A stretch of 63,522 nt of DNA, filler included, from Reclinomonas americana ATCC 50394 (taxonomy: Eukaryota): NCBI GenBank assembly GCA_048213135.1. It is 5 parts of 3 records of this genome, joined end to end, with 100 filler letters (N's around TTAATTAATTAA, not from the genome) between each part and the next. Parts side by side here need not be neighbours in the genome. Positions count along the whole stretch, not along the records: positions 38,609 to 57,914 come from PS015168.1; positions 58,015 to 63,522 come from PS015169.1; 3 more parts are not named here. One strand, 5' to 3'. The notes under the pieces were generated by a model, which was given only the letters and a program-made list of their open reading frames with translations, did not search any database and was not told the DNA's origin. Shown piece by piece: positions 52,136 to 63,522 of this stretch. Position numbers and translations under genes: made by a program. The first letter of the stretch is position 1; every line of letters starts with the position of its first letter.

Positions 52136-55100
52136 TCACCCTCACTCTTGCATTCTCCAGCTACCGCCCCAACATGGACGAGAACCAGGAGGTGTCCTTC
52201 CCCGGTGCTCGTTCGCTCCGCGTCCGCTTCGACCCGCAGTGCTGCACGGAGAACAACTACGACTACCTCGACATTTTCCTCGACGTTGCTCACAGTCGCC
52301 AGCTGCACGGCCGTCTCACCGGCGCCACGTTCCCTCGCGAACTCGTTCTTCCCGGCGACCGCGCCTGCTTCTTCTTCCACAGCGACGGCTCGAACGAGAT
52401 GTGGGGCTACCGGTACGTGAGCTGTGTGTGGTATCGCGTGGAGTCGATTGCTCACTTTTCTCCTCGTCGCGCAGTGCCACTATCTCGCCCGAGATGCCGC
52501 AGACGGTGTTTAAGGACACGCCACTGGTTGTCGACTTGCTGTACATGCTGAGCACGTTGAGCGCGACGGTGAGGGACAATGGCACTTCGTTTTTGTGGAA
52601 GGAGCAATCTCAACTCACTTCCTATTTTCTCCATCCGTCAGACACTTCGCCGTGCCATGTCGTCCAGCGCCAACCAGTTCGACGAGTGGCTCACGTTGCC
52701 GTTGTTCAGCGAGGGTCTGCCGTCCAAGTTCGAGGGCGAGGAGGCCGAGGAGCGCGAGTTCCTCTTGGGCATTGTCAATGTGCGCCAAGCACACGCACAT
52801 TGTCTCCTTTCTCGTGTGACGGCGAGCTGACGTTTTGCATCGCAGGGCACGGGCGACGGCGGCAAGCTGTTTGACTCGCTGAAGGGCACGTGCATTGAGG
52901 AGCGCATTCTCGACAAGTACGATTCCGTGCACCGCTGTGTGCGCGCCACCTACGCGGCGCTGCTGAAGCACCGCAAGTTGGTGACGCACGCCATGCGCGG
53001 CACAAAGACCCCCGACCTTGTCAACTCGTACAAGAAGGCACACCGGGTGAGTGTGGGAAGCAGGAGAGGAGCGCGACAATTTTACGTGTTTCTTGTTGTG
53101 GTCTCACACTCTGCGCACACACAGTTGCGCAAGCTGCTCCAGCAGCGCCACCAGCGCACTGACCTGTCGCTCTCGCTGGAGGAGTCGTACGCCGCGTTCT
53201 GCGAGCAGTTCACTGCCCGCGCGCTGCTGGTGCTCGATCTGCGCAGCCGCAGCAATTTGCTGGCTGTCGACGATGAGGCCGAGGCGCGCCTTCTCGAGTC
53301 GCCGACCAAGGGCATGGTGGTGAGTGATCTGTTGTGCACACGGCACTTCTTCCGGTTTCCCTTAGCGATTGTCGTAGGTGTCACCCGCGCCGCCGGGCAA
53401 GTCATACGGTTGGAAGGTGCTGCGTCGCGCAGTGCAGAACATTCGCATGACCAAGGTCCGTGCTGTCGACGTTGTAGTTGTTGTTGTTGTGATCTACTCG
53501 ATCGTCTGACGTGCTTCCCTGCAGCTTGCACGCATGTTTTCGCCCCGCATGGTGGCCGGGCAGAACAAGAACAACGACCTTGTGGAGTCGCTGACGACCA
53601 ACTTGCTGGACTTTATCTCGAGCGAGGCGGACGCGGCTGCCATTCGCAAGGAGATCAATTCACGCTCGGATCGCGCCCTGATCCGCACCATGGCCTTTGA
53701 CCACTTTGCCGAGGTCATCGGTGCCGCTGGACGTGGCGAGCGCATGCTGGCCTGCCTGCTTTCCGAGTGGTTGGGCGACGTCGTCAACGACCGCCACTAC
53801 TTGGAGGGCATTGGAGTGTGCGACGTGGCGGTGGCCGACGGCCTGCAGCGGTCGTACCACCACATGATTCGCCAGCTTCTCTCGTCCCCAGGTTTGTGGA
53901 GATTGGGGAGAATCGAGAGTGTTGCTGCTCTCCCTTTGATGCTCAACTCTCTTCCCGCCTCTGCAGCATCGAGCATTCTCTACCTGACGCCAGTGTACCA
54001 TCAAGTGGTCACCAAGCCGGCGGAGTTGCCGGTGGGCTTGCGACACTTGTCGCAGTTCTGCAGCTGGGACTCGCTGCGTCTCCTGTCGGGCCCGTGGGAG
54101 ACTCGCGACTTCCGCAACCTCATGGTGCTGCTCGACGGCGTGGCAAATGCATACGTGCTGCCGACGGGCAAGGTCTGTCGCGAGTGTGCGGTTGCGTCGA
54201 AAGGCCGCACTTGTTGCTGATTTGAATATTCTTCGTTGCAGGACTTCAGCTTCGGCGAGCGCCTGCGTCTGATGATGCCGTCGAGCTTGTCGACCATCAA
54301 CGAGATTGCCGACAGCAGCCGCGAGGCTGGCGTGACGTCCGTCACTGGTACGCAGCATTGTGGTCGCAGTGCATTTTTGTGGAAGTGGTCTCTCACCGCG
54401 TATTCTGTTCCCCGGTGTGACAGCCGCCAGCGTGCAAGAGTCGGCGCAGTTTGCCCTCAATGTGCTCTTCATGCTCTTCTCGGCCCCCATCCAGGGTCTG
54501 CGCAGCGCCGACCGGAGCGAGCGACCTGATGAGACTGGTGTGTGTATGTGTGTGTCACACGTGTGTATTTTCACACGTTGCTGACGCACGTGCTCGCAGC
54601 CTTCTTGGAGCTCATGTCCGATGTTGTCTTCAACGAGATCAACGGTCTCCTGTCGGCTCCGGGCACGTTCAAGTGTTGCGTTTTGTGACGTCTCTCCCTC
54701 CTTCCCTCTCCTCCTCTCATTCGGATGGCCTCCCTGCGCAGCGAGCTCGATTCCCGAGCAGGTCTTCGAGGCCGCGCAGATGCTTGTGTCGCTCTCCAAG
54801 TCGTCGCAGGACATTGATCTGGCGGAGCGCATGACTCGCTTCGCGTCCGGATCCATGCAGAACTTTGTCATGGCCAACGAGCGCCGATTGACCATTGTTG
54901 TGCGCCTGATTGAGAGCCTGAGCAGTTGCGTTCGATTCTCATTTTTTCCACCGTGTATTGCTGATGAGCTGACGCGTGCGTATACTCGCAAACAGCGAGC
55001 ACGGATGAGCGCGATGTTCACATCCTCACTCTCGCTCTCAACCTGTTCCGCCGCATGGTGCCGCTCATGGGCGGTGCGCTCTGCCATCCTTGCATGTTCA

Positions 55101-57865
55101 GTGTCTCAAACTTCAACCTCACGTGTCGATTTGTTTGCTCTGCAGCCTTCGACGTGGCAAACGCCATGCAGTCGATGCGTGGCGTCAGTGGACAGGAGAG
55201 CCAGCACAGCGCGCAGATTGTGTTGCGCTGCCTGCTCTACGACGTGGCCAATGGCCTGCCGCCGTTCATCAACGAGGGTGCGCGCGCGCGCACGCGGTTG
55301 TATCAATTGCATGTTTGCTGACATTGTCCTTGGTTATTGCCGTTGTGCAGCTCGCGAGTCTTCTCGTGCCGTGCGCTACACGAAGGCTCAGCTGTACGTG
55401 TCGCTGCTGCGCTCGTTGCTGAAGAACAAGTTCTGGGGAGACGAGGTAAATAGTTTTTGGCTGCACTCTGTGCCTCGGCTATCACTCTTGCTAACCTGTG
55501 TTCCTCCCTTTTTCACAGCTTGTGGTCCTTGTTGACCAGCTGTTTGCGTCGTTCACCGCCGACGTCGCCTCCTGCACTCTGTCCGAGTTCAGCAAGCTGA
55601 CGGCTGCTGCTCTGTGCGTCATTGGAGGCTACTGGCTGGTGCCGGTGGTCAGCTCCACTGTCGCGGTGCCGGGCAAGGGACGCGCGTGTGTCACTGCCGT
55701 GCCCGACCAGACCAATGTGCAGTGCGTGGTCTTCTCCGATCCGTCGGCCGAGATCACCACCGATCAGTTCGAGGTGCTCCCGAAGGTTTGTTTGTCAGCG
55801 AAGTGGGATGCGGCCATTCACAGCAAACTCTCATACTATTGCCTTCACTGCCCTCCTCTGCAGGAGAGCGTCTCTGCTACGGTGTTTGGCCGCCTGCCGC
55901 ACTTGGTGCCGATGGTGCACGCGCTGGTGCAGCAATTCTGCACGGCCAAGTTCGATGCGGCCTCACCCGATTACATTCTCACCGAGGGCGATTCCGTGTT
56001 CCTCTTGTCGTACTTGACTGCCGCCGGTCTCAAGGCGCTGGTCGAAGTCCTGCCCGACAAGCACTTCTCGCTGGTGGAGCTCGTCACTCGCACCGGTGTG
56101 GAACTGAACAGACTCCTCCCTTTTTTATCCTGCAAGACGCGTGTCGCTCACACGCAACTTCTTTCATTTTGTTTGTCATCTCTTAGACATTAAGCTCCTG
56201 GCGCCGGTGTTGGCCGCCGCCGACAGCCGCGCGTTTGTGCCCTCGTTTGCGCAAGAGTGCGATGTCCGTCTGCGCACGCAGTTCCTGCAACAGGTCGCCG
56301 GTGAGACCATGCTCATTGTGGACACTTTTCCCCTTTCCATTGTGCGCTGATGCCTCGTCCTCTGGCAGATGTGGTGGACGCCAAGGCCGCCGCTCAAGTG
56401 CAAGAGGTGCTGACTACTCTGGTCAAGAAGCGCGCTGCTGGTGGTGCCGCTGCTGCTGCGGCTGCTGCTGCCGCTGAGGATGCGCTCGAGTCCCTGCCGC
56501 TCAAGCAAGTGCTCGTTGCGTGCATGCTTCCCGCCTTTTCTTTTCTTTTTCCGTGTCGTGTTGTGCTTAATTGTCACGTGTGCGACAGGGCGACGAGCCG
56601 CGTCCGGAGGGTGCCGCGGCAGTCACGATCAAGAGCTCTGGTGTGCCGTCGTACGTCAAGGTGCCGCCCAATTTCTGGAAGGTGCAACCGCTCGCGGCCG
56701 TCGCCTCTGGTGGCTCGTCGAAGCGTTACAAGACGCGCGAAGACTTCCCGACGAAGCAGGACTACCACACTTATGTGATGGAGCGGTGAGTTGGATGTGC
56801 TGTGACGGACGACGTGTGTGTGTTTACTGACGGGGGTTTCTTTTCGCTTCTGCAGAGTGCGCATTAACATGCAAGTCGAGTCGCTGAAGAACAAGCCGTG
56901 GGCGCCGCTTGGCACCATCGGTACTGTGCTGCGCATCGACACAGACATGACTCCGCTGCGCGTCATTGTGCGTACCTGTCAGTGCTTTGTTTGCGCGCTA
57001 TGTCGCCGAAGCATGAAGACGCTGACATGTTGCTCTCTTTGCAGTGGCAAGGAACCAACGAGGAGCGCTGGCACCGTACGTGGCACGTGCGTCTCGTGGG
57101 CGACGAGGACGGCGACGCTGGCAAGATCAAGAAGCACAAGACGTTTGCCGAGTTCAACTCTGATGTGGCCGAGTACCTGCGCTACCTGCGCTCGCACTTG
57201 CGCCCGCAGATGCGCGTGCAGGCCACGTGCAGTCGCGAGGACAAGTACACTGAGGGCGACATGGGTGCGTGTACCGCTGTTGTTGTTTGTTGCTGTCTTT
57301 GTTCTTGTTGAGCTGTCTTACTTAACATGGTCACACGCATAGGCACGTGCGCCAGCTGCGATCTGAATGATGACAATCTGCCGTACAGCATCCAGTGGGA
57401 CCGTTGCGTGTCCGTCCGTCTGTCTGTGCTCTCACCGCTCCACTCGCTTCGCTAACTAGCTGCAATGTCATGTCGCAGGCGGCGAGACGACTTGGGCCAA
57501 GGCCGAGCACATTCGCATTGTGCTGGAGGGCGAGAACGACCCGGACCCTGTGCCGGAGCCGGAGCCGGTGGTGAGCTCTGCCGCCGCTGGTGAGGCCGAG
57601 GCAGCGAATGCGGAGCTGCAGGAGGCACTGGCCAGTGTTGAATCACTGCTCGGACAGCTGGACGACGCCACGCGCGCCAACATTGTGCGCCTGTTCCAGG
57701 CACAGAGTGCTGCCGTGCTGCGCTCGCGTGCCTACATTCTCACGCTTCTGCGCCACTGGCCGAGCGGAGTGCCGTTCAACCTGGAGGTGCTCGGCATTGC
57801 GGATTGGGAGGCGTTCTGGAGCAGCATCAGCAAGGCCACTGCCACGGCGTTCGAGTACGATCGCG
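47377..57865 (+). CDS. Giant HERC2/ZZEF1-like probable E3 ubiquitin ligase fragment with two CUB-like and two tandem CPH domains (both ends missing, about 40 introns)
   Basis: CUB-like 1: ETEHPYPNSLDKDWAVVFEGAKEIEITYDERCATELNFDYLQL...FYFHSDGSNNDWGFK. CUB-like 2: ETPHNYRPNMDENQEVSFPGARSLRVRFDPQCCTENNYDYL...FFFHSDGSNEMWGYR. A HERC-like VRATYAALLKH segment is present, and CPH-like YKTREDFPTKQDYHTYVMERVRINMQV is followed by a second copy. No HECT domain is seen because the gene is truncated. Confidence 0.72.
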
Positions 57866-57914
57866 GTGAGTGGTAGAGACACGTCGCGGGCGCACATGTT
57901 GTGTGATTATTTCC

Positions 57915-58014
57915 NNNNNNNNNNNNNNNNNNNNNNNNNNNNNNNNNNNNNNNNNNNNTTAATTAATTAANNNNNNNNNNNNNNNNNNNNNNNNNNNNNN
58001 NNNNNNNNNNNNNN
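57915..58014. other. Artificial contig linker
   Basis: N44-TTAATTAATTAA-N44. Confidence 0.95.
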
Positions 58015-61000
58015 GACTGTGGCGAATCCCCTGTGCACCACGGAGGCGAGATCTGGAACGACATGGTGCTCGATCTGAGGCCAGCGTCGCCAGCAAAGGA
58101 GTGAAGCGACACACTGCGGAAGAATGCATCAAAACAACTGCGTTAACAATGGTGTACTGTGGGTTCTTGTCAGTGAGCTTTGCGTCGACTGGGAATGATG
58201 AGTGCCTCGAGACTCATGAATGGCCGCTCCACCAGCAAGTACAACAGGTACGACCCGACGTAAGCGACGAATATGGCACCGCAGCACTCCACCGTGATTG
58301 CCTGCATGTAAGAGAGAGTGTCAGCAACCTCTCCGCACACACAGTGACCGCTGAATGGCGCGTACCGGAATCGAGTACTGCACAGTGAACAAAAGACATT
58401 CAGTCACAGTGCGGAAGACAAGAATGCACCGAGTATTGCTCACCTCGAGGAAGTGTGTGCGCATCGAGTACGACATCTGAATCCCTGCGAGCAAGAGGAC
58501 AAGATGAGTGATGCACACGGTACCGGCGGTCACACCAATATACAGACGCACAGGCCGGATGCAGCAGGTAGGCGCCGTACGTGAGCCGTGCCAGTGGTGT
58601 CCAATATTCTGCACATCACACGCAACGTCAACATCTTACCACGCAACCCCACTTGACACGCAACAACTCACCCGCTGACAGGAATCGACGCCACAGATTC
58701 GTCACAATCACGAACCGGAACGAACTGCGCCAAGACAAGTATCTGCATCAGCGTCTGCGTAGACGGAGGAGAAGAAGCGTGTTCGAGACTTGCCTCTTCT
58801 TCACGCTCTCAATCATCAAGTACAGCATCACCGCCAGCGCGAGACACCAGGCCGGACGACTGAACGTAATGTACATGACCTGGTGGTAGCAACGGCGATG
58901 ATGAGAGAGATACAACACGCATCAGAAACTCTCGCAGCGACGAAACATTGTTGATATCGCCCGGCGTCCAGTTCTGACCCAGTGACTCGTACAGATTCAC
59001 CGGACCAAAGACGCACGCACCAAACACCGCAAAGCACGCCAGGTACAGCAGCCAGTGCACCGCAACCACCGACCGCGACTCGGAGGTTTGTTCGGCTGCC
59101 AGCTTGCCGGTGCGGAATGCCTCCAGTTCACGCTCACGCGCCGCTTCACGCTCGTGCAGCACAAAGGCCAGACCCTGCAAGAATGACGAAGAGTCAGCCA
59201 CACCCTTCCCACCATTGACGAACAGAGATAAACGCACCACGCCAACCAGGTACGCGGGAACTCGGGCCCACGGTCGAGCGTAGTAGTAGTTCCTGCAGCA
59301 AGCAAAGAAAATGGTCTGTTAATATCATGGCAGCGTGAGCCAGCACCATAATTGCACATACCAGTAGTCGTCATTGGGAGCAATCACATAGAACCACAGT
59401 TGCTTAAAGTGCACCACGAGTGCCTGGCCCACCGAAGAAATGAGCAAACATCGACTCCACATCTGATTAGCAACCACAACTCACCGACGACAAGAGGCTG
59501 CCAAACATCACCACTCCAACCAACGTCCAACCCAACCACCGTCGACGAGCGTACGCGAACAAGAAGATCGGTGTAATGGCAAACGCCCAAAAGTCACAGG
59601 CCAGGTACCTGTGCAGGTGCGCGCAGGCACTCAGAGGGTTCACTCGCAGACATTGTACACGAGAGCGACGCATGCGCACCACACCCATGGAACGCATTGT
59701 GTGTCAAAGTCCCAAGGATAGACCGCATTGAGGAAGAACAACAGTGGCTGCCGACACAGACGAGAGTCAGCGTCGCATGATGTGGCGCAGTCAGCAACCA
59801 CAACGACTACAACCAACCGTCCACCAATACTTGGAGCATCCAGTATCATAAATCGTCTGATACTGAGACCAGAACGGTCCATCGCCCACGTAAGGTGTCA
59901 GCTGTGAAAACAACGACGACGACGGTGGAGATGAGCTCCAAGATGCTCACCAGCACCAAGCTTTCACACTTGGACGTTTACCTTCCACACCACAAAGATC
60001 ATCACCGCCAGACTCGGAGTCAGTCGCCAGATGCGATGGAAGTAGTACAGCAGCAGGTTGAGCGATCCACGCTTCGGTGGTTCTGTAGGACGACAGCAGG
60101 AGTGTCAGCTGAGGATCTCGTCAGTGGTGAAAGCATACGAGAGATCAAACCATCCAGTCGCTGGTGTGGCAGCAGGGCACCGAGGGCCAGATGCGCCACC
60201 AACAGGCCCGACAGCATGAAGAATGTGTCGACCGCGAATCTGTGTGCATGACTGTAAGAAGGGATCGACAGCACTGTCTGGCATGTTCGCGACACGGAAC
60301 TCAGCTGCAAACAGCAACGTATGGGTGAGTACGATTCATGACACTCATGAGGAAAACACAAACCACTCACCGCCAGCAATAATCGCGACAGGCCACTGCG
60401 TGCCGAACCCTCCCGGCATGAAAACAGACACCACATTATACACGAAAGCGAGTGCTTCAGACTGCGCGTGTCCAAGAATACTGGCATCACGAATCGGTCA
60501 GCTGCATCTAATCACAGAGAACCAGCACGCATTCGCAGCGTCGTCACACGCACATCCAGAACATGGACAGCACTCGAACACCATTCAGCACTTTCAGTGA
60601 CCGATCCGGAGACGGAGCGAGAAGCTTTCGTGTGTTTGTGATGGCCGACCATGACAGGAAGAACGTCTGCAGAATGTCGGAGCACGACCGCCGTGGCTTC
60701 TCCAGCTCTGATTCACACAAGCACACGCACACTGTCACACGGGTGATGGAGAAGCAACATGCATCATCAAGGTGCAGACGGAACCTGGCAGCTGATACAC
60801 GATATCTTTCCCCGATCCCTGCACCGAGTTGGAGTGCGGTCGCCGACGAGTCTCGCCGGTGACCGATGAGAAGTAGCCACTCGTCGTCCCTGCGCGAAGA
60901 CAAGAGAGTTGGTCAGTAATTTGTGGCGACTTCTTGCGCAACCGGGCCCGGCGCACCGTTGCTTCCGAGCAACAGGGAGGTCTCCGTTGGCGCTGCCTGC

Positions 61001-62020
61001 AAGAGAGTGTGAGGAGAGGCAATCTGATTTGACATGTGCGAGTGCGACAGTCCACGTAACAATGCTGTGGGCAGCCGACGACGAAGAGGATGGACTCGGC
61101 CGCGACGAAAACAGATCGACCAATGATCCTGCTCGGTGCACGGGGTGAGCATGACTGAAGAGAACATGCATTACTCTTCACACACACACACACGCACCAA
61201 TCAACACCAGCGTGCCGAGACCGGCCAGCAGTACAATGGCACCTCGTGCTTCACGCGGCAGTGTGTGGACGACCTGCTCGTCGGTGCACGACGCCGTGAT
61301 ACTGCGAACCGCACACGTAGTCATAGATCAGTCAACGCACGCCACATGCAGCAGCGACGACTGGAGAGAAGAAACGCAACGCAGAAGCGGGAATCGGGGT
61401 CTTGGGGAACAGCAAACTGATAAACTCGGCTGCGGTGGCCGGCAGCGTCTCGGAGGTGCACGATCGCGGCACACACATGCCGATCATGGGCTACAAGGCA
61501 GCTTATAAGAAGCAGCGTGCACCGGCGACCGCAAGTACTGCACACACGCACCGGAACCGTCGGATTAACTTTCACCGTCACCAGGCAGTAGTGCGCCGAC
61601 GGAGTGAGATCGGGCTGGATGCAACGCTTGTAGTCGCCTGTGACGAATGAGAGACAGGTGAGCAGCCAGAAGCGGCAACGTTTGATGGCAACGCGAGGCA
61701 CCTGCATCACGCGGCGGAGATTTGCCGGTGGACTCGTACAGCTATTTATGTGCAGATGAGGTGAGCATGACAACGGTGAGGGGGGAAGGGAGAGCAGCTG
61801 AAGCAGCAAACCATGGCCTCAGCACCAGGGTAGCTGTGCTCGTAAGTGAGACGGAGTTGCATGAGCATGCGGCGGGTGAATGCATGCATGCACACACAGA
61901 ATGCAACAGACGCAACGTTCCGGCAAGCACTGCACCCCAATCATCTTCACACTTGTCAGCATGGACAGCCGCTGTCACGCACACCAACACCACCACCACG
62001 ACAGCGAGCGTGACCCGCAT
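58015..62020 (-). CDS. NRF-6/OACYL-like membrane O-acyltransferase (acyltransferase family 3 with N-terminal NRF domain); 3' end missing
   Basis: Signal peptide MRVTLAVVVVVLVCVTAAVHA. NRF-type segments GDYKRCI...HYCLV...MIGMCVPRSCT. Acyltransferase segments LKVLNGVRVLSMFW, FAVDTFFMLSGLL, YYFHRIWRLTP and CVPWVWYLACDF. Confidence 0.85.
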
Positions 62021-62182
62021 TGCGGCTCCGCACGACGGCGATGACAACGAACATGTGCAGGACAATCGCTTTTACATCGCCGTCCCTCTTCTCTTTTCCA
62101 CGCTTCGCCTCACTCGTCCCTCCTTTGTTCTCTCATTACGCGAGTGATCATTTCTTTTTCTTGTTGGTGGCATGTGGGGTTT

Positions 62183-62198
62183 GGCGCTCATAAGCGCC
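62183..62198 (-). promoter_or_regulatory. Candidate histone mRNA 3' stem-loop downstream of H4
   Basis: The minus strand reads GGCGCT-TATG-AGCGCC followed by AAACC. This gives a 6-bp stem opening GG/CC, a closing U-A pair and a 4-nt loop with U at positions 1 and 3. Confidence 0.55.
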
Positions 62199-62366
62199 AT
62201 TGAAAGAAAATAGAAAGGAGTGCAGCCGCCAAGAGGGAGGCACGCAGTCACACCACCGATAGGGGTGTGCACGTGTGGGCCCGTGCCCTGCAAGTGGCCG
62301 CCAACAACAGCAGCCAGAACTGAAGGTTGATGTTGTTGTTGTTGTGGAGTGGTGGGTGATGATGAT

Positions 62367-62702
62367 TTATCCACCAAAGCCGTAGATGGTGCGGCCCTGG
62401 CGCTTGAGCGCGTAGACCACGTCCATGGCAGTGACGGTCTTGCGGCGGCCGTGCTCGGTGTAGGTCACAGCGTCGCGAATGACGTTCTCGAGGAAGGTCT
62501 TGAGCACGTTGCGGGTCTCGTCGTAGATGAGGCCCGAAATGCGCTTGACACCACCACGGCGCGCCAAGCGGCGGATAGCCGGCTTGGTAATGCCCTGAAT
62601 GTTGTCACGGAACACCTTCTTGTGGCGCTTGGCGCCGCCCTTGCCCAGGCCCTTGCCGCCAGAGCCGAATCCCTTTCCGCCGCCCTTTCCGCGTCCAGAC
62701 AT
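62367..62702 (-). CDS. H4: Histone H4 with 8-aa N-terminal tail insertion (111 aa)
   Basis: [57 protein letters not shown]...[13 protein letters not shown] probable 5'-UTR intron lies at 62715-62795 (GTGAGC...GCAG on minus). Confidence 0.98.
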   Translation of the reverse strand: MSGRGKGGGKGFGSGGKGLGKGGAKRHKKVFRDNIQGITKPAIRRLARRGGVKRISGLIYDETRNVLKTFLENVIRDAVTYTEHGRRKTVTAMDVVYALKRQGRTIYGFGG

Positions 62703-62795
62703 GCTTGCTTGTTACTGCACACACAGGGAGGGAGGGAGAGCATGAGCAACCACATTCAAGCGGTGGGTATGGAGGAAGTGACGAGCTTCGCTCAC

Positions 62796-63070
62796 CGAAG
62801 TGATCAGAAAAATCTGTGAATGAAAGTGATGGGAGATTGGCGCCAAATGAGTGGCAAACCGATTTCCCGCCTTCCACATTCGGATTCCCAAGAGGGGTGC
62901 ATCTCCGCTCATTGCACCACACATCCGTCGACCTGGGGTTTGCTGATCTCACCCGTTTTCTCGTGTTCCCCGTGAGCAAAGGTTGGTCGCCCCCCCTTTT
63001 CTCACACTGCTGTGTTTCCCCCTCGCACTCATCCCACGCGCACGCACACAGTCAACTACTCTCATTCATC
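62796..63070. promoter_or_regulatory. Bidirectional H4/H2B promoter with two E2F-consensus sites and a CCAAT box
   Basis: TTTGGCGC on minus at 62840-62847, TTTCCCGC at 62863-62870 and ATTGG at 62836-62840 all lie between head-to-head histone genes. Confidence 0.45.
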
Positions 63071-63522
63071 ATGCCGCCGAAGACCGCTGCTAAGGCCCAG
63101 AAGGCCCCCAAGGCCGTGAAGAGCGCCCCCGCGTCCAGCTCTGCTGACAAGAAGAAGAAGCAGAAGAAGCGTGTGGAGACCTTCTCGTCCTACATCTACA
63201 AGTTGAGTTTTCCCTCGCTCACTCTCTCGTCAAGTGTGCATGTCAAACTGACCTTGTATACAACAATAGGGTGCTGAAGCAGGTGCACCCCGACACTGGT
63301 GTCTCCAACCGCGCCATGAACATCATGAACTCGTTCATCAACGACGTGTTCGAGCGCATCGCCAACGAGGCTTCCCGCCTGGTGCGCTACGGCAAGACCA
63401 AGACCCTCTCGTCTCGCGAGGTCCAGACTGCCGTGCGCCTCCTGCTGCCGGGAGAGCTGGCCAAGCACGCCGTGTCCGAGGGCACCAAGGCCGTCACCAA
63501 GTACACCAGCAACGCCCAGTAA
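63071..63522 (+). CDS. H2B: Histone H2B (one intron, 63202-63269)
   Basis: [17 protein letters not shown]...[11 protein letters not shown] / [37 protein letters not shown]...[11 protein letters not shown]. The intron runs GTTGAGT...AATAG. Confidence 0.97.

Noticed and set aside
62349-62819. 156-aa plus-strand ORF overlapping H4
   Set aside because: It is the usual antisense open frame of a GC-rich histone gene.

Overview
This window is intron-dense, GC-rich eukaryotic DNA, probably from a protist. It comes from a gapped draft assembly in which contigs are joined by four artificial 100-bp N/TTAATTAATTAA/N linkers, so adjacency across linkers is not guaranteed. Manual splicing gives these genes: a giant phage-tail-fibre-like Thr/Gly/Ala/Val beta-repeat protein (minus, both ends open); a Cys-repeat extracellular protein; a double-domain GT77/RRA-like glycosyltransferase lacking DxD motifs; a protein ending in an ARALxKH...FxGFLEP toxin/RNase-like domain; an unknown basic coiled-coil protein; a Mad3/Bub1 checkpoint protein with a degenerate kinase; FAM91A1; two tandem paralogues encoding signal peptide + acidic segment + PH-like domain; a giant HERC2-like protein with two CUB-like and two CPH domains; an NRF-6/acyltransferase-3 protein; and a divergent H4-H2B pair. 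The H4 has an 8-aa tail insertion and a candidate histone 3' stem-loop. The strongest window-wide signal is a second, abundant class of 5' splice site, GTTG(C/A)GT, which is the ordinary GTG(C/A)GT donor shifted by one nucleotide. It is used by about a quarter of the introns in the E3-like gene, recurs in five other gene types, and almost always follows a non-G exon end. All family assignments are from remembered motifs; no searches were run, and exon boundaries are manual.
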